From Takakia lepidozioides (taxonomy: Eukaryota > Plantae > Bryophyta): 64,000 nucleotides of DNA. The stretch covers positions 7,316,001-7,380,000 of the forward strand of contig CM060733.1 in NCBI GenBank assembly GCA_030704615.1. Reading direction: 5' to 3'. The notes under the pieces are model-generated. The model ran no database searches, had not been told where the DNA came from, and saw only the letters and a program-made list of their open reading frames with translations. Below, in pieces: positions 27,160 to 39,614 of this stretch. The position numbers and the translations under genes are program-made. Position 1 is the first letter of the stretch; each line of letters starts with the position of its first letter.

Positions 27160-28370
27160 CACTCATTACAAATGCGTACACAATTTAATTTTACTTCATT
27201 GTGTGGCTTTCAGGCCTTCTTTCCTGCCATCTGGGTAGGTATACAAATTCTTGGCAAAGGAATCTTCTCTGCACAAGTGTTCCCTACTTTTGCTCATTTG
27301 CTTCCATCAACGGTATTGTAGCGATAAGTACTGGTAATTTTCTTCTTTTGTGATCTCGATCGCCTACCGTCTCATGCATGAAGTATGTCGGGCCATGCTG
27401 TTCACAATGATTAGCATGTCATTTTCTTCCAATGATCATTGTTTCTTCATTCGCTGCTTTTGCACAGTTTGAAATTATGTCTGGGCATTAGGGCAGTAGA
27501 ATGGTTTAGTGTTGAGACCGTGCTTCATAGAAGGTAGGAACTTCCACATATGATTTTAGATGAGCTTGCGGGTCAACCATCGCAGGAGCCTCCATATGTG
27601 AACCCTAAGACGTCAGGGAAAGTTGGAGATTGCAGAAGCTCTGTCCTCCCTCTCACCACGACTCCACCTCCCATCACACGCGCACGCAGTAAACGTCCCA
27701 GGAATCCAAGAAATGTTTAGTGACATTGATTGCAATTGCCTACACAAAGTCAAATTTGTTAATTGTGGGGCTTTCAGGCCTTCTGTCCTGCCATATCGGT
27801 GGGTGCACAAACCTAGGGAAATGAAGCTTGTCTTCCTTGCTGTTCGCTCTTTCTCGTCCTTTGCTTCCCAGAACTGGGAGATTGCCTGGTGAGTACTGTT
27901 AATTACTATCAGAAGTGCATTTATCATACTGCAATCTCCAACAACATAGCTTCACATAGCCACAAACACCCCATGTCGATATTGGGGTCTTGCCATTTCC
28001 AAACATTTCAACATATTGTTTCATCCGAACATATTTGTTGCCCGTGTTGTACAGATTGATGATCATTGACAATGCATTTCAAGGCGCCCAATGACCAATA
28101 TCAGGCCCACACCCCCGGCGATAATGCCAAATTCGACAGGGGGCAGCATATGATTACTGTTCCCTTTCGTTTACATCACATGCATTAGCATTCTTTCAAA
28201 TTTGGAATGTTATGTACGTTACTGCTCACTATGGTATTCCTTTTTAGCTTCCTACATGCAACACATGCCTACATTGCAGGCTTTGCAGGCCACCAACAAC
28301 ATTTCATTTGCATTGCAAACACCTGAAAGTGGCATAATTTCCACCCCAATAGTATCCATCCTTCTCGCAC

Positions 28371-28817
28371 TCACATCACTGAGTGATGAACTGCTGCCAG
28401 TGTGCCAATGGGTCTCCCAGCTATGATATTAAATATAACTCGTGCTAAGCACCTATGCTCCAGACGCCAGGAGGTCATGTGTGTTGCACAATGGAAGATC
28501 AACAAAGTATATGGTTGTCTATGAGTGCCATTAGGATTTCCATAGTGATACATACACAGAGGGCACCTGATATCGGGCTCGGAAATGAACTGCACAGCGG
28601 TAGGATAGTTCTCAAAAATTTGCACCAACCGCGAAAAAACCAACATTCGTAATTCAGGACGTTGTGGTCCATACATTTTCATGTCTATGGCACAAAGTCT
28701 GAAGATATACACCTCTCCATCCCCCATGTCTCTTTGCCGTTGTCTTTTGTTCAAACACGGAAAAGGATTGAACACTGTGATGTTGTCCGTCCTCGTATAC
28801 CTCTCCACCATCTTCAC
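28371..28817 (-). CDS. Hypothetical ORF (148 aa), start uncertain
   Basis: Protein-like composition (CPLC..H motif); same strand as the neighbouring orphan ORFs; no domain recognised. Confidence 0.3.
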   Translation of the reverse strand: MKMVERYTRTDNITVFNPFPCLNKRQRQRDMGDGEVYIFRLCAIDMKMYGPQRPELRMLVFSRLVQIFENYPTAVQFISEPDIRCPLCMYHYGNPNGTHRQPYTLLIFHCATHMTSWRLEHRCLARVIFNIIAGRPIGTLAAVHHSVM

Positions 28818-29141
28818 CCAAGCCTCTACACTTCTTTACACTTAAACTCCTCAGAAACTTCTACATGCCTCTACAGCAATGTGCCTCACAAGTCCTTCGA
28901 CGAAACTGTTCAAGTAACCTTTCATACTTCGACGGACAGTTGTACCCAACCCTATCTCCAAAAGGATATGCACTTGATCACCCGCATTTTGCTTTTGCAT
29001 TCTCCATTACTGCGATGATTTGGACGTTGATGATCTTGCCTCAGGCAACAGCAAAGCCGACAGGGCTGGACTGACTTTGAGGGCAGTCAAGTCTTGCAGT
29101 GATTCATGCACCAGATCCATGATTCTCCAATGTCAGTTTTG

Positions 29142-29708
29142 TCAATGAAAAAAAACACTCGTGGGAGTGAGGCCCAATGACCAAGCAACACTATTCTCCC
29201 CTCTCTCCAGACTATATTGCTTCTTCAAATGCACTGTAAAGCTACCCTTCACCAAGACGTTTGTTTTTATTGCCGCCAGGGTTTTTTTCAGGTCCACAAT
29301 GGGGACCTTCGATAGGACCCCCCTCTCGTCTGCCTTGACAATGCTGAAGATCCTTTGACTTGTGCGGAGGTTCACCTCCAACCACAAATAGTCCCCTGCA
29401 ATCCGAACTTTCGATCTAATGTCCACACGGAATCCCTTCTCATCTGCTGCATAAGCAATGACATTCCAAATACACAGAGGATCCCCCATAGCAACATAAT
29501 GCGAAGCATATGACTTTGGGGCATTGTCCTTGTACACCATTACAACTCCTTCCAGCAACACAGACTTCTCCATGCCATCGCCAAACAGAATGTTCGCAAC
29601 CACGGTGCGTGTCCCTTCCAGTCGCGGCTGGAGCACTTCGAAGATATTGTGGGGATCTTCAATCCATGCCTTCATAAGACTGGCATTGCTACCTGAATAG
29701 TATGCCAT
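29142..29708 (-). CDS. Intronless hypothetical protein (188 aa), beta-rich
   Basis: Uninterrupted ATG-to-TGA ORF in good start context (GTCATGG) with globular composition; no domain recognised. Confidence 0.6.
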   Translation of the reverse strand: MAYYSGSNASLMKAWIEDPHNIFEVLQPRLEGTRTVVANILFGDGMEKSVLLEGVVMVYKDNAPKSYASHYVAMGDPLCIWNVIAYAADEKGFRVDIRSKVRIAGDYLWLEVNLRTSQRIFSIVKADERGVLSKVPIVDLKKTLAAIKTNVLVKGSFTVHLKKQYSLERGENSVAWSLGLTPTSVFFH

Positions 29709-29994
29709 GACGACCTCAATACGAGATGCAAAGGAACGCAGAAACTCTGGCAGAAAAAAAAAACCCCGCAGATCTCTCTACCGTGCCCCTCACATATGTG
29801 CACAACTCAGCTGGGAGTTGAACAAATAAACGCCGCGAGCACCGTGATACCAAAGACAACTGCCATGCTGGGGAGAAGGAAGACGGAACACATGGAACAC
29901 ATGATTTAGTGCGTAATTAGTATATTACCGACATGTTTTAGTACATATTTAGAGCGTATTTAGAACGTATGTGCACTATGGGTTTCTCATATGT

Positions 29995-31230
29995 AGTTGG
30001 AAAGCTAGTTTTATTCTCTACCTCTGAGATTTTCTTACTCGTCATGCTTGAGTAATAGGACAAAACGTTATGGCCAGAAAAACAAAGGTGCAACTTGGGC
30101 GCCTGCAACTTGTGCCATTTTTTTCCTCTTCATACTTTGACCTGCATAAACATTACTGCTTCAAAAATGTTGAGTAATATTGCACTATAGGCAACTGTGA
30201 TATCTAGTTGAAATTGCTAGATCAATTTTGTGCCACCGGAATTGGGTTACATATCCATGCAGTCAGATATGTTATGGCCACAATACCATACTGCACACTG
30301 AATCACTTTCTTTTTCTGCATATTGTGCCCTACAATTACATTATGCCTTATTCCATCTTGAGTATTGTTTCACGATGCGATTGTGATATCGTATTTGAAA
30401 GGTAGCTTTATTTTCATGCATTGACATATTGTTACACATGGATTCAGTAACATTGGAAGACGTTATGGCCACCTGAAGAAGGTGGGGCTTGCTCTCGTTT
30501 TTTCTCTTCATATACCCACCTGCATTTACGTTATGACTTCTGGAATGTTGAGAATCATTGCACTATAGATGTGTGATATGTTGTTGGAAAGCATGCTTTA
30601 TTCTCCACCTCTGAAACTTTGTTACACATCCTACAAGTAAGATTGGAAGACGTTATGGGCAGGTGAGGAAGGTGTAGGTTGGTCCACTTTATTTTTCTTC
30701 ATACTTTCACCTGCACTTATATTTTGGCTTTTGGAATGTTGAGTACTATTGAATTATACCTTTGTCATATCCTATTGGAAAGTTTTTTTTTTTTTTTTTT
30801 AGTGCGGGGATGTTGTTACACGTCTGTTGAGTAAGACCAGAAGACGTTATGGGTAGAAAACCAAAGTGCAGTTTTGAACACATTGTTTTTTACATAATGT
30901 GCCCTGCATTTAGGTTATGGCTTCTAGAATGATGCCTCCTTCTGCTGTTGGGGTGTGTAATATCTTATTTGAAAGCTGGATTTAAATGACACCACAAGAC
31001 GTTATGGCCAATAAACGGAAGGTGCATCTTGGAGCAATATCATTTTCTTCAGACTATGGCCTGCGTTTACATTACGGCTTGCAGCTGGAATAGTTTCGAG
31101 TCTGGAAGGAATAGGGGAAGAAGTCGCATTCTACCTCCCTGGTAGCGACATTTTGTAGATCTGACATGTTGTTACACATGAATTGCATAAGACTACAAAA
31201 GGTAGGAGTCAGAAAACCTAGGTGCATCTT
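29995..31230. repeat. Diverged tandem repeat, period ~190 bp, ~6 copies
   Basis: GACGTTATGG-like anchors at ~30065, 30269, 30460, 30650, 30844 and 31000; shared blocks TTGTTACACAT, CTTCATACTTT..CCTGCA, GGAATGTTGAG and ATTGCACTATAG. Confidence 0.8.
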
Positions 31231-31495
31231 TTCAGGATGGTTGCATGTACAAGTAAGCTAGGAAGCAATGTGGAAAACAATGTGGAAGCAAAATGACAAC
31301 AGAATACGAGGAATACACCTTCGACATCAATATGTGGAAAGATTGTTGTCACAATATGTTTTTGGCATGTGCATTGTTGAAACCTAGAAATGAAGCAATC
31401 TAGGAAAGCAGAGTGAAAAGAGGTTCAACATGCTACTGACCAGTCAACCTCTTTGAAATTCCACTCATAATTAGGCACCTGAACCTCCTGCCTAA

Positions 31496-32062
31496 TCATT
31501 CTCTCTTTCCAAAAACACACACGCATATCCCAGCGAAAGAAGAAGACTGAGTGATGAAAGTGATTGCTCCCCCAATTCGGCAAGACACGCAAGAACACCG
31601 AGGATAAGTTCTGGAGCCCCTCTGAAGCAGCCGCATGATGGGGGAGGGAAGTTCGTCCAGCAGTTTAATGCTGTCCCAACCTTCATCCACCCATTGAAAC
31701 AAGGTAAGAATATGAAAACACTCGTTCTCCTTTGCAGGGTCCAGGCCCAAAGCATGTGGCCCCCACTCTTTGTTAGGAGCGCACAGGAATCTTGACTTGA
31801 GTACAACGGTGTTAGGTTGTTTTGCAGCTGCACTGTTGGTGTCGTTGTAAAAGCCAGACCAGCCCACTCTACCTGCGGATATATGCGCTGTAAGAATGAT
31901 GTCTCCTGCTGTGGGTTTTGACCAATCCACCAAGGCTTCCAATCCGGAGATGCGAGACCCCACGATGCCAGTAATATCTCCTACCAACTCCTTGTGAGTG
32001 TCGACATCAACTAAAGCTTCATCTTGCAGCCAGGAGCTGCCTCCTTCTTGAGCGTCTAACAT
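31496..32062 (-). CDS. Intronless hypothetical protein (~188 aa from MLDAQ)
   Basis: Open frame with globular composition and a C-terminal CxCxxC; no domain recognised. Confidence 0.5.
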   Translation of the reverse strand: MLDAQEGGSSWLQDEALVDVDTHKELVGDITGIVGSRISGLEALVDWSKPTAGDIILTAHISAGRVGWSGFYNDTNSAAAKQPNTVVLKSRFLCAPNKEWGPHALGLDPAKENECFHILTLFQWVDEGWDSIKLLDELPSPIMRLLQRGSRTYPRCSCVSCRIGGAITFITQSSSFAGICVCVFGKRE

Positions 32063-32817
32063 TGCTAAGTGAGAGAGACGGAAGTGAAAGAGGTTATAAG
32101 GCGAGGCAGATGGATGAGGGAGAGTGTGGAGGAGGCAATGGGGGGTCTGAGGAAGCTGAAGGAGTTTGGGAGTGCTGAATGGCGATGTGGTGTGTGGAGA
32201 GTATGTGTTCAGTGAGGCTGGAGAACATGACATTTTGAGGGGGAAAATCATGTGCTGCACGGTTTCAGATGACCACATGCATCTTCAAGACTAAAGGGAT
32301 GCGATTTTGAATACTGATTCCATCATCAGGTGAGGTGTGCATTGGTCCACATGACATGCACATAACATGCGTGGAGGCAATGTTTCTCATTGGCAGCCTC
32401 CACCCACATGAGAGTAGGGCGGGAAATAGTGGCGGGTGCTTGTGAGGGATGCTTCCTTTTGAATTGGCATTGTCACACTAGTGTGTCAGTATATTCATTT
32501 TGGGTGGGCTGTTTTGTTCACATATGTGGTTGGAGAGGCATTATATTTGTTGCTTTCTAAATGGACTGCAGTCACTAGAAGCATTCGTGTCATTTACCAC
32601 TGGGGTAACGACTCATTTTGAGTCGTAAAAGTCAAACATTCAAATTAGAGACCATCACGGCACACCTGCATATGAGCAAGACTAAATGCCAACATACATG
32701 GTTGCCGGACATCACTTAAACTGTCATGGCCCAAATGTTCAAAACTGGTAACGTGAGTATCATACACACTTCTATGAGTATCATTACACACCCAACAGGG
32801 ACTACAAACATGAAATG

Positions 32818-35800
32818 TCACTTGATACTTTCACCTTTCCTCACACTCTTCTCTGGCCACAGAGTCACCGTGCCTTTCACGTGCGCTAGTGTGGTCTGGG
32901 GGGGGGGGGCATCGTCCACATTTGGGCAAGGCAATGTAACACTTGGAAGCTTGATCTCGTGGACTTTCACCTTGTACCACCCGGATCGAATGTCCTTGCA
33001 GTGGAACTTGTCAACCCCGGCTATTCCCACCACGTACCTTGAAGCAAAGCTCGTTGCTGAGGGTGGCAACTGAGGAAAGCTGCCCACGTGTCTTCAACTG
33101 CAGCAGCAAAAAGAGGTTTAGTCAGACGGATAAGAATAACATGAACTCTGGTGGTTGCAATGGTATAAACACACCTCCACGGAGCAAGCTAACAAACACC
33201 CTGCTCAGACCCTGCACACTACAACTTCCTGGCAAAAATAACCCTACTAAAAACCAGCTAGGCAAAGCAAGGAGCCATGAATGCATGCCTGGGGAACCAC
33301 GTCCTGCTACGATGATGGTGCTGGGGACAGCCCACTCCTCTTGCTCACCTGCAATGAATACACATTGCAACGCTTCAGGAAGTGTATCCATAAAAGAAAC
33401 CAACCAAGTAAGTTTGCGGAGAGGGGCTGGGAACAACCATACCTTGGGCGCTGCCTCCTCATGCCGGGGGGGAAATCCGGAATGTTGCCGCCGTAGCACT
33501 ATGGTCCTAGGCGCAGGACCCACCTTCTTCACATTTGACCCCACTGCCACTCCCTGTACATGTGGTCCCTGCAAAACATATAGTGCCAGCCTTGCGTGAG
33601 AGGGCATCCGGGGGGAACAAAACAAACATGGACTTTGGCTTCGATGTCATGTTGCAAACAATAAGGTTAGTTTCACCTGCATGGGCGCAGAAGTACTTCC
33701 CCCAACGACCCCATCCTCTCCCACATTCAAGCTGCCAGTCGGGGTCAGCTTCCGCGTGCTTGTGAAGACACGCACATCCTTGGAGCAAAACAAATCTTGG
33801 CAGTAGGGCCAGACTGTTTCTAAAAGGTAGTCTGAATCGGGCCCCTCACTGACATTGCCAGTGACATCAAACGACAATGGATGGACCATGTTCAAAGGGG
33901 AGTTCCCCCTCCCCTTGTGTGGTGAATCATCCACTAGGAGGGTGTTGGATTCGTTAAATCCAGAAAATTCCGACCACAACCTCGACAGTCTCTTCTGTAA
34001 GTTCTGTACGGCAGGCCCTTTTGTGGGGTGTGGCTTTGTCAAGGGGTCACACTCCTCTTGTGACCACACAAAGAGGGGAGAACCCTTGACCCCCTACATG
34101 ACCACTTTGAAGATGTCTGCAACATTCCCCTTGGAAGCACAGGACCATATCCCAACGTAGAAATACCGGAAGAGAAGGTTTAAAAACTCGCAGCCCCCCA
34201 TCGTCCATGTCATCCCCACCAACTTGCTGGACCTCTCCCTCTTCAACGAGTGGACCCTGCCCCCCACTGTGAATATCATCAACAACAGCCCGGACCTCTG
34301 TCACATCCCTATCCACTACAATTACTTCCTCCTTGTCAGGTACAATGGTCGCAGCAGGGGGGTCTTCCATAATGCCACCCGTCACACCCCCTTTTTGCCC
34401 CATCATGAGTTCCACTATCTTCTTCAGTTGTGCTTCCATTCCCCTCTCCTGCTCCGCAGAGAGAGCCGCAAGCCTCTCCAGGGCCCCGATGCGGGCTGCC
34501 ATTGAGTTCCCCGCTCCCTACGCATACAAACACCCACCCGTACTATTAAAAACCAAAAGAAGAAGAGGCCGAATGTGCAGGATTTCAGGCATTCGGAGAT
34601 GGTTGGGTTTGGCATAACACCCCTCCTGTACCATGCGTGGGGGCCCCACATACCCACCAAATCTTAGTACAACAACAGATTCATGAATGGAAACCGGACT
34701 TCAAAACATACCTGGCTCAAAACAGACTCTGATGGGGTGCCAGTCGCAGCGTTCTTGCACTCCGCCCCGAGCTCGGATAGTGACGGGCTCCGCGCTTTGC
34801 GTCTTTTCTGTATTTGCCCATCCACACACTGTCAGTACAAAATGCCAGGAGCATATGGACAAAGCACTGCCCTGCATATCACATAACAACTAATTCTGCA
34901 CAAGCAATAAAACCCACTCGTGGGTGTCTCTTCCATCAGAACATGCCACAACGTAAGAGCAATGAGAAGGGGGTGAGGGAGATTACCAAACGGGCTGCTT
35001 GGCCTGCAACTCCTGCCCGGCCCCAACGCGAGGGGTTCGTGACACAAGCACGCGCTTGCTTCATCCCTTCAGCCTTTGCAAGTCCACGAGGGGACTCCCA
35101 GTAGGCAACAAGCTTATCCCAATAGGCGGGTTCAGTGTTCATTGGCCTCACAGCAGTCTTCGCCCATTTATCTTTCAGTTTTGCTCTTTCTCCTTTCATT
35201 ATCTTCCCACATTGCTTCACTATAAAATCACGATTGGCAGGGATAGGTGTGTACTCGTACATTCCATTTATGCCCTCTATTACTGTTGACATGGCACTCT
35301 GGGACTGCTGGTCAATGTCTTGTACGCTTGAGTCAAGGTAACGCAATGCCAGGCCACGCAAATCATGCTGCCAGTGTTCCTTACCTTCGCAGCCAGCATT
35401 GATGACTCCATTTCCATGCACCTCCACCTTGTGGCGCTTTAGCCCTGCAGTTACCCTTCCCTCTCCATCTCCTTCCCATTGTTTCATGGCATGGCGTCGT
35501 TCCTTCCTCAGCTCTGATGTCCATTTCCTGCCCCCATGCTCTGGAGCAGCGCCGTCATACATTGTGGGGGGTGACTGATGTGTGCCGGAGGGGGGAGGGC
35601 CGTATGGAGATGTGGGAGGCCCCCATTGTGACGTGGCAACATCAGGAAGCCAGCGCCATGACCCTGAAGCAGGGGGGGCTCCCCATGGTGCACTCTGTTG
35701 TGGAGACCATCCGGCAGGGGGTGGGTGCCAAGGTTGGTGTTGGTTGGCATTGTGTGGTGGCTGTGAGTGCTTTGCTGCAGCTTCACTCCCCTTCCGCTGC

Positions 35801-37903
35801 CAAAAACATCCCACACACAAGGTGCATCAGTTGTAGTCCTACTGAACACAACGTCACCAGAGCACAAACCATCCCACAACCACAACTATGGATTGGCTGA
35901 CCTCAAACCCACTCCCCTGCAGCGCAAGTGCCAAAAACTGAAAAGGAGAGGGACAGAATGTCCTCATAACATGTAAGCCCATTCATTGGTGAAGAAACAG
36001 AATGTGGGCGGGTTCACATCAGTACCACATGAAACTTACCAGGAAACAGAACATCCATCCGGGTTTTGCACATATCCAGTGGACATCTATTCACACAATC
36101 AGCAAATGGCTGTATGGCGGAGCCCAGCAACGGAGCCCCAAAAGGCCTAAAGACTCTCAATGTTGGAAAACACAGGTGCAGACACAATTCAATTGAAAGG
36201 ATATTGCAGACCTAGCCTCGTTGGAGTTATCAACGCATATAGCAAATGCGTACTCCAACGCAGGTGCAATGATGTGACAAAGCAACATTTCCTTGACCTA
36301 AAAACTAGTCCCTCTGCACACAGTGGTAGACCTGAAGGTTTTTCCACGATGTCCTCCCCTATGTCACAAATTGAAAACATGTTCAGGGATGTTTTCTGCC
36401 TAACTTCATTTTCTGCCCAATCAGATCTCCTCTACGCTGATGATGTTGCCCTTTTGGCACAATCCCCGGTCTTTCTGCAACGCCATCTCAAAATTTTGGA
36501 ACAGTTCTGCAAAGACTATGGGATGCAAGTCAATCTTAGCAAGACCAAGATCATGGTCTTCAATGGCCAGGCTGATCGTAGATTCATCTTCAACCAGCAG
36601 GAAATTGAGATTGTCAAATCATACCGGTACCTAGGTCTGGTTATCCAGTCCCCCAAGTTTCACTTTGCAGCCACTGCCTTGGACAGATTGACTAAAGGTA
36701 AGGCGGCCTCCGTCCGCCTTCACGCCAAATGCAAGCAAATACATCTGTGGCATCCCCCGACCAAAAGTGGTTGTTTGACACCGTCGTCAGCCCTGCTACC
36801 ATCAATGGTTGTGAGTTCTGGGCACCTGGTGTCCCTGTCTCCTGGTGGGAAAAGAATTTGGAACCATTACAGTCATCTTTTCTCCAAGCAATGCTTGGCG
36901 CCAGGAGCACAACTCCATCTCAGATCCTAGGTGCAGAGTTCGCATGTGTACCATTGCAATCCGAGGCACAGTTCAGGCTTACAATCTTTCTCCATAGATT
37001 GCAGGCCCTTCCACCCAAAGGGCTAGTGGCAAGGGCCCTCACAACATCTATGAGGCTCAAAGCTGCAGGTTTCGGGAACTCCCGGTATGCTCGAGTGGAC
37101 AGTTTATTGAAACGTAACGGACTTTCTACTGCTTTCTTATTACCAATGAACCCACATGAGGTGGACATCACATCCAGACATGACTGCAACAGACTCATTC
37201 GGAGAGAGCTTATGGAATTACATGTTATACCCAATCTCACAACAAAGCTCCACTTCTATCGAGAGACATTCTTGGTGCTCCGCGATGATAGAATCTTCAG
37301 ACCAAATTACCTTTCAGCACCCTTACCTCCTTCCCTCTTGAGGGCACTGGGGCGGTTCAGGGTGGGTTCCCACAACCTACGGATAGAGACTGGCAGATGG
37401 GAAAACCTGCAACGGGAGGACCGCCTATGTCCAGCTTGCATAGGGCGCAGCAAGGAAATTGAAACTGAAGAACACTTCTTCTTCTACTGCCCTGTATACT
37501 ACAAGATCCGTTTGAACAACTTTGTGGATATGTGCATCCCAGTTTCAGTTTCAGGAGAACTCAACGCCCAGAAAACAAGAACACAAGTAGGGGTAGAACT
37601 CACCTCACAAGCAGCGGTTTTTTGCCGTTTGCGCACCTTTTGGAGAGACTCTGCAGATGGAGGTGCAATTTTCTCCAAACTGTCCTCCACCTCATTGTCG
37701 TCGCCCATGCTATACTCGTTTGTGTCAAAATCCGAACTCGAAGACCGCCCACCGCTCAACCTTCCCTCTCGCACCGATGCCATCTGTACCGGATTCAGTC
37801 GAGCCAGGCGGGGGCTCCTTCGCACCGCGGGGCTGGAATGTGCAGAAGTGGGAGGAGGTGATGCTGCCTCGGCGGTCGAGCGCTTCTTACTAGGCGTGGA
37901 CAT
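32818..37903 (-). pseudogene. CACTA accessory (TnpA/TNP1-like) spliced gene with embedded FCP1/NIF phosphatase domain; degenerate and interrupted by a LINE
   Basis: Putative first exon MSTPSKKR.. (37903-~37604). Ptta/En-Spm-like segment YWDKLVAYWES..KQARA..SRWGRAG (~35500-34987). NIF-like segment EFLNLLFRYFYVGIWS..VWSQEEC..RLW..NTLLVDDSPHK..N..P (~34200-33760, one in-frame TAG). C-terminal Tnp1-like domain FHCKDIRSGWYKVKV..LPCPN..TLAHVKGTVTLWP (33087-32818). Joining all pieces into one gene is inferred. Confidence 0.65.
36425..37515 (+). mobile_element. 5'-truncated LINE fragment (RT C-terminal half and CCHC; RTE-X/L2-like)
   Basis: LLYADDVALL..VNLSKTKIMVF..YRYLG, frameshift, then RFRVGSHNLRIETGRW..RLCPAC..ETEEHFFFYCPVY. 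Confidence 0.85.
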
Positions 37904-39614
37904 AGACCATGACAAAAATGAAGACAAGCGAGGACATAGACCATGACCAAGACAAAGACGAGCGAGGAAGACCAAGACATGCAAAGGAGGAAAGAAGGAC
38001 AAGGAGGGGAGTGTGATCACACACCCCCCGATCTGTAGTGAAGATCCGGCCGTTGTTGATTTCAAATATGAACACGTGTCGTGCATCCGACACTATGGCC
38101 TTTTCGACTTTGAGACGTTAAACCCTAAACCACTTACAATCCTCCAGACAACTAGATGTAGTGATTCACACAACTGACATGGATCCGTTAACTTTTTTTC
38201 GTTCAAAATTAGGCGAAGGAAACACACTGCAATGATGCCGTGTATGGCTCCGCTTTACATGCATTCTTGGAGAAAATGCGCATGATGTGTGAGAAGTGAA
38301 CACAGTGCTCTGCCAAATGATTCAGCAAAAACAAACTCAACTGTAGTGGTTCTCCCATCGCAGAGAAGGGTCCATTCGACACCCATCGCACCATGCCAGG
38401 TTGAGGTCCTCACACACACACCTACACACCGAGAATTTGCGAACCCACATCAGCTGGGAGAACATGGAAATTACCCCGTGGATCACATGCAAGCATGAAT
38501 GAGAAATGGGTTTATGTTACATGGGAGATTTTGGTGTACCTGCGCGACATGCAACTCTGTCTACATACTCCATAAGTCGTTGTCCCAAGACCCAAGTGGA
38601 CAGGGGAGGCCGGTGAGTCTGTACCACAAATGGTAATCATACAGCAGAGGGTACTGCTGCCCAACGTGCAAAAGCCGCCAGCTGCAGGATGTTAGGCATG
38701 CGAACTCGGGCACAGCACGCCTCCTCTGCACCCCACTCCGTCCCAACCAGTGCAAAACAACCGTGCATGCATTGACTGCCCTCTGGCTTTCTCTCCAGGC
38801 ATTTGGGGGTCTGCGATCTGCTACACGTAAGTGTCTTTGAATGCGACGATCAAAGGATCCGGTCACTTGCAGTTGCCGTCTCAAGGGCAGCATTGCAAGA
38901 ATCAGAATTAAGTAAGAAAGATGGTGGAAGAAGCTGCAAACAGCAAATGAGTGAAGTGGCAGGGCGATGCTCCATTTTTAACATGCTCCCCTTCCCGCCA
39001 TGGTGATAGAGCCACACAAATGGACTCCCTTCCCGCCACGGTGCAATTTCACGGCAACGGAACGGGATTGTCCGCCGAAACGTGATTTGGAGATGGCCTA
39101 AGACAAGTGGCGCAGGTTCTGGCCTTGTAGTCAGGTTGTTCACACTTCAATGCACACATTTCATACACATTCAACCATATGCCCAAGATCACAACGTCGT
39201 CAATCGTGAAAATTGAAATTCCACGTACGTCCTCCGATTCCTCACACACACACGAACTGTAGAGACAGGTCGTTTTCCAGGATGTCGTTGTTTGAGTCGA
39301 TTTTGGTCATTTCTCTCAGTGTCTTGTTGAAAAGATTCTAGTTATGATGGGAAGCATCGTGATGGCTTTTAAATGGTTTGCTGTTGAGTGTAACTTTTCA
39401 TCATGTTGTGGAATCTACCGGTTGGTATAAAATGTCAACTGTCTTCTCTGCCAAAGGATGTGCGGCTGAACCTTTCAAATTGAGATTGCAGGAGGAGGGA
39501 ATTGACGGTAGTGAAATGGGAGTGGCAGAGCCAAATTGAGGAATCTCTGCAAAGGAGAATCCGGCCCCCTGCAACGGCGTGCACAAACAGCATTGAAGAG
39601 GCTCCCCAACAAAA

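Noticed and set aside
38561-38893. 110-aa minus-strand ORF in the TnpA/TnpD spacer
   Set aside because: No recognisable motif or splice support; could be chance.
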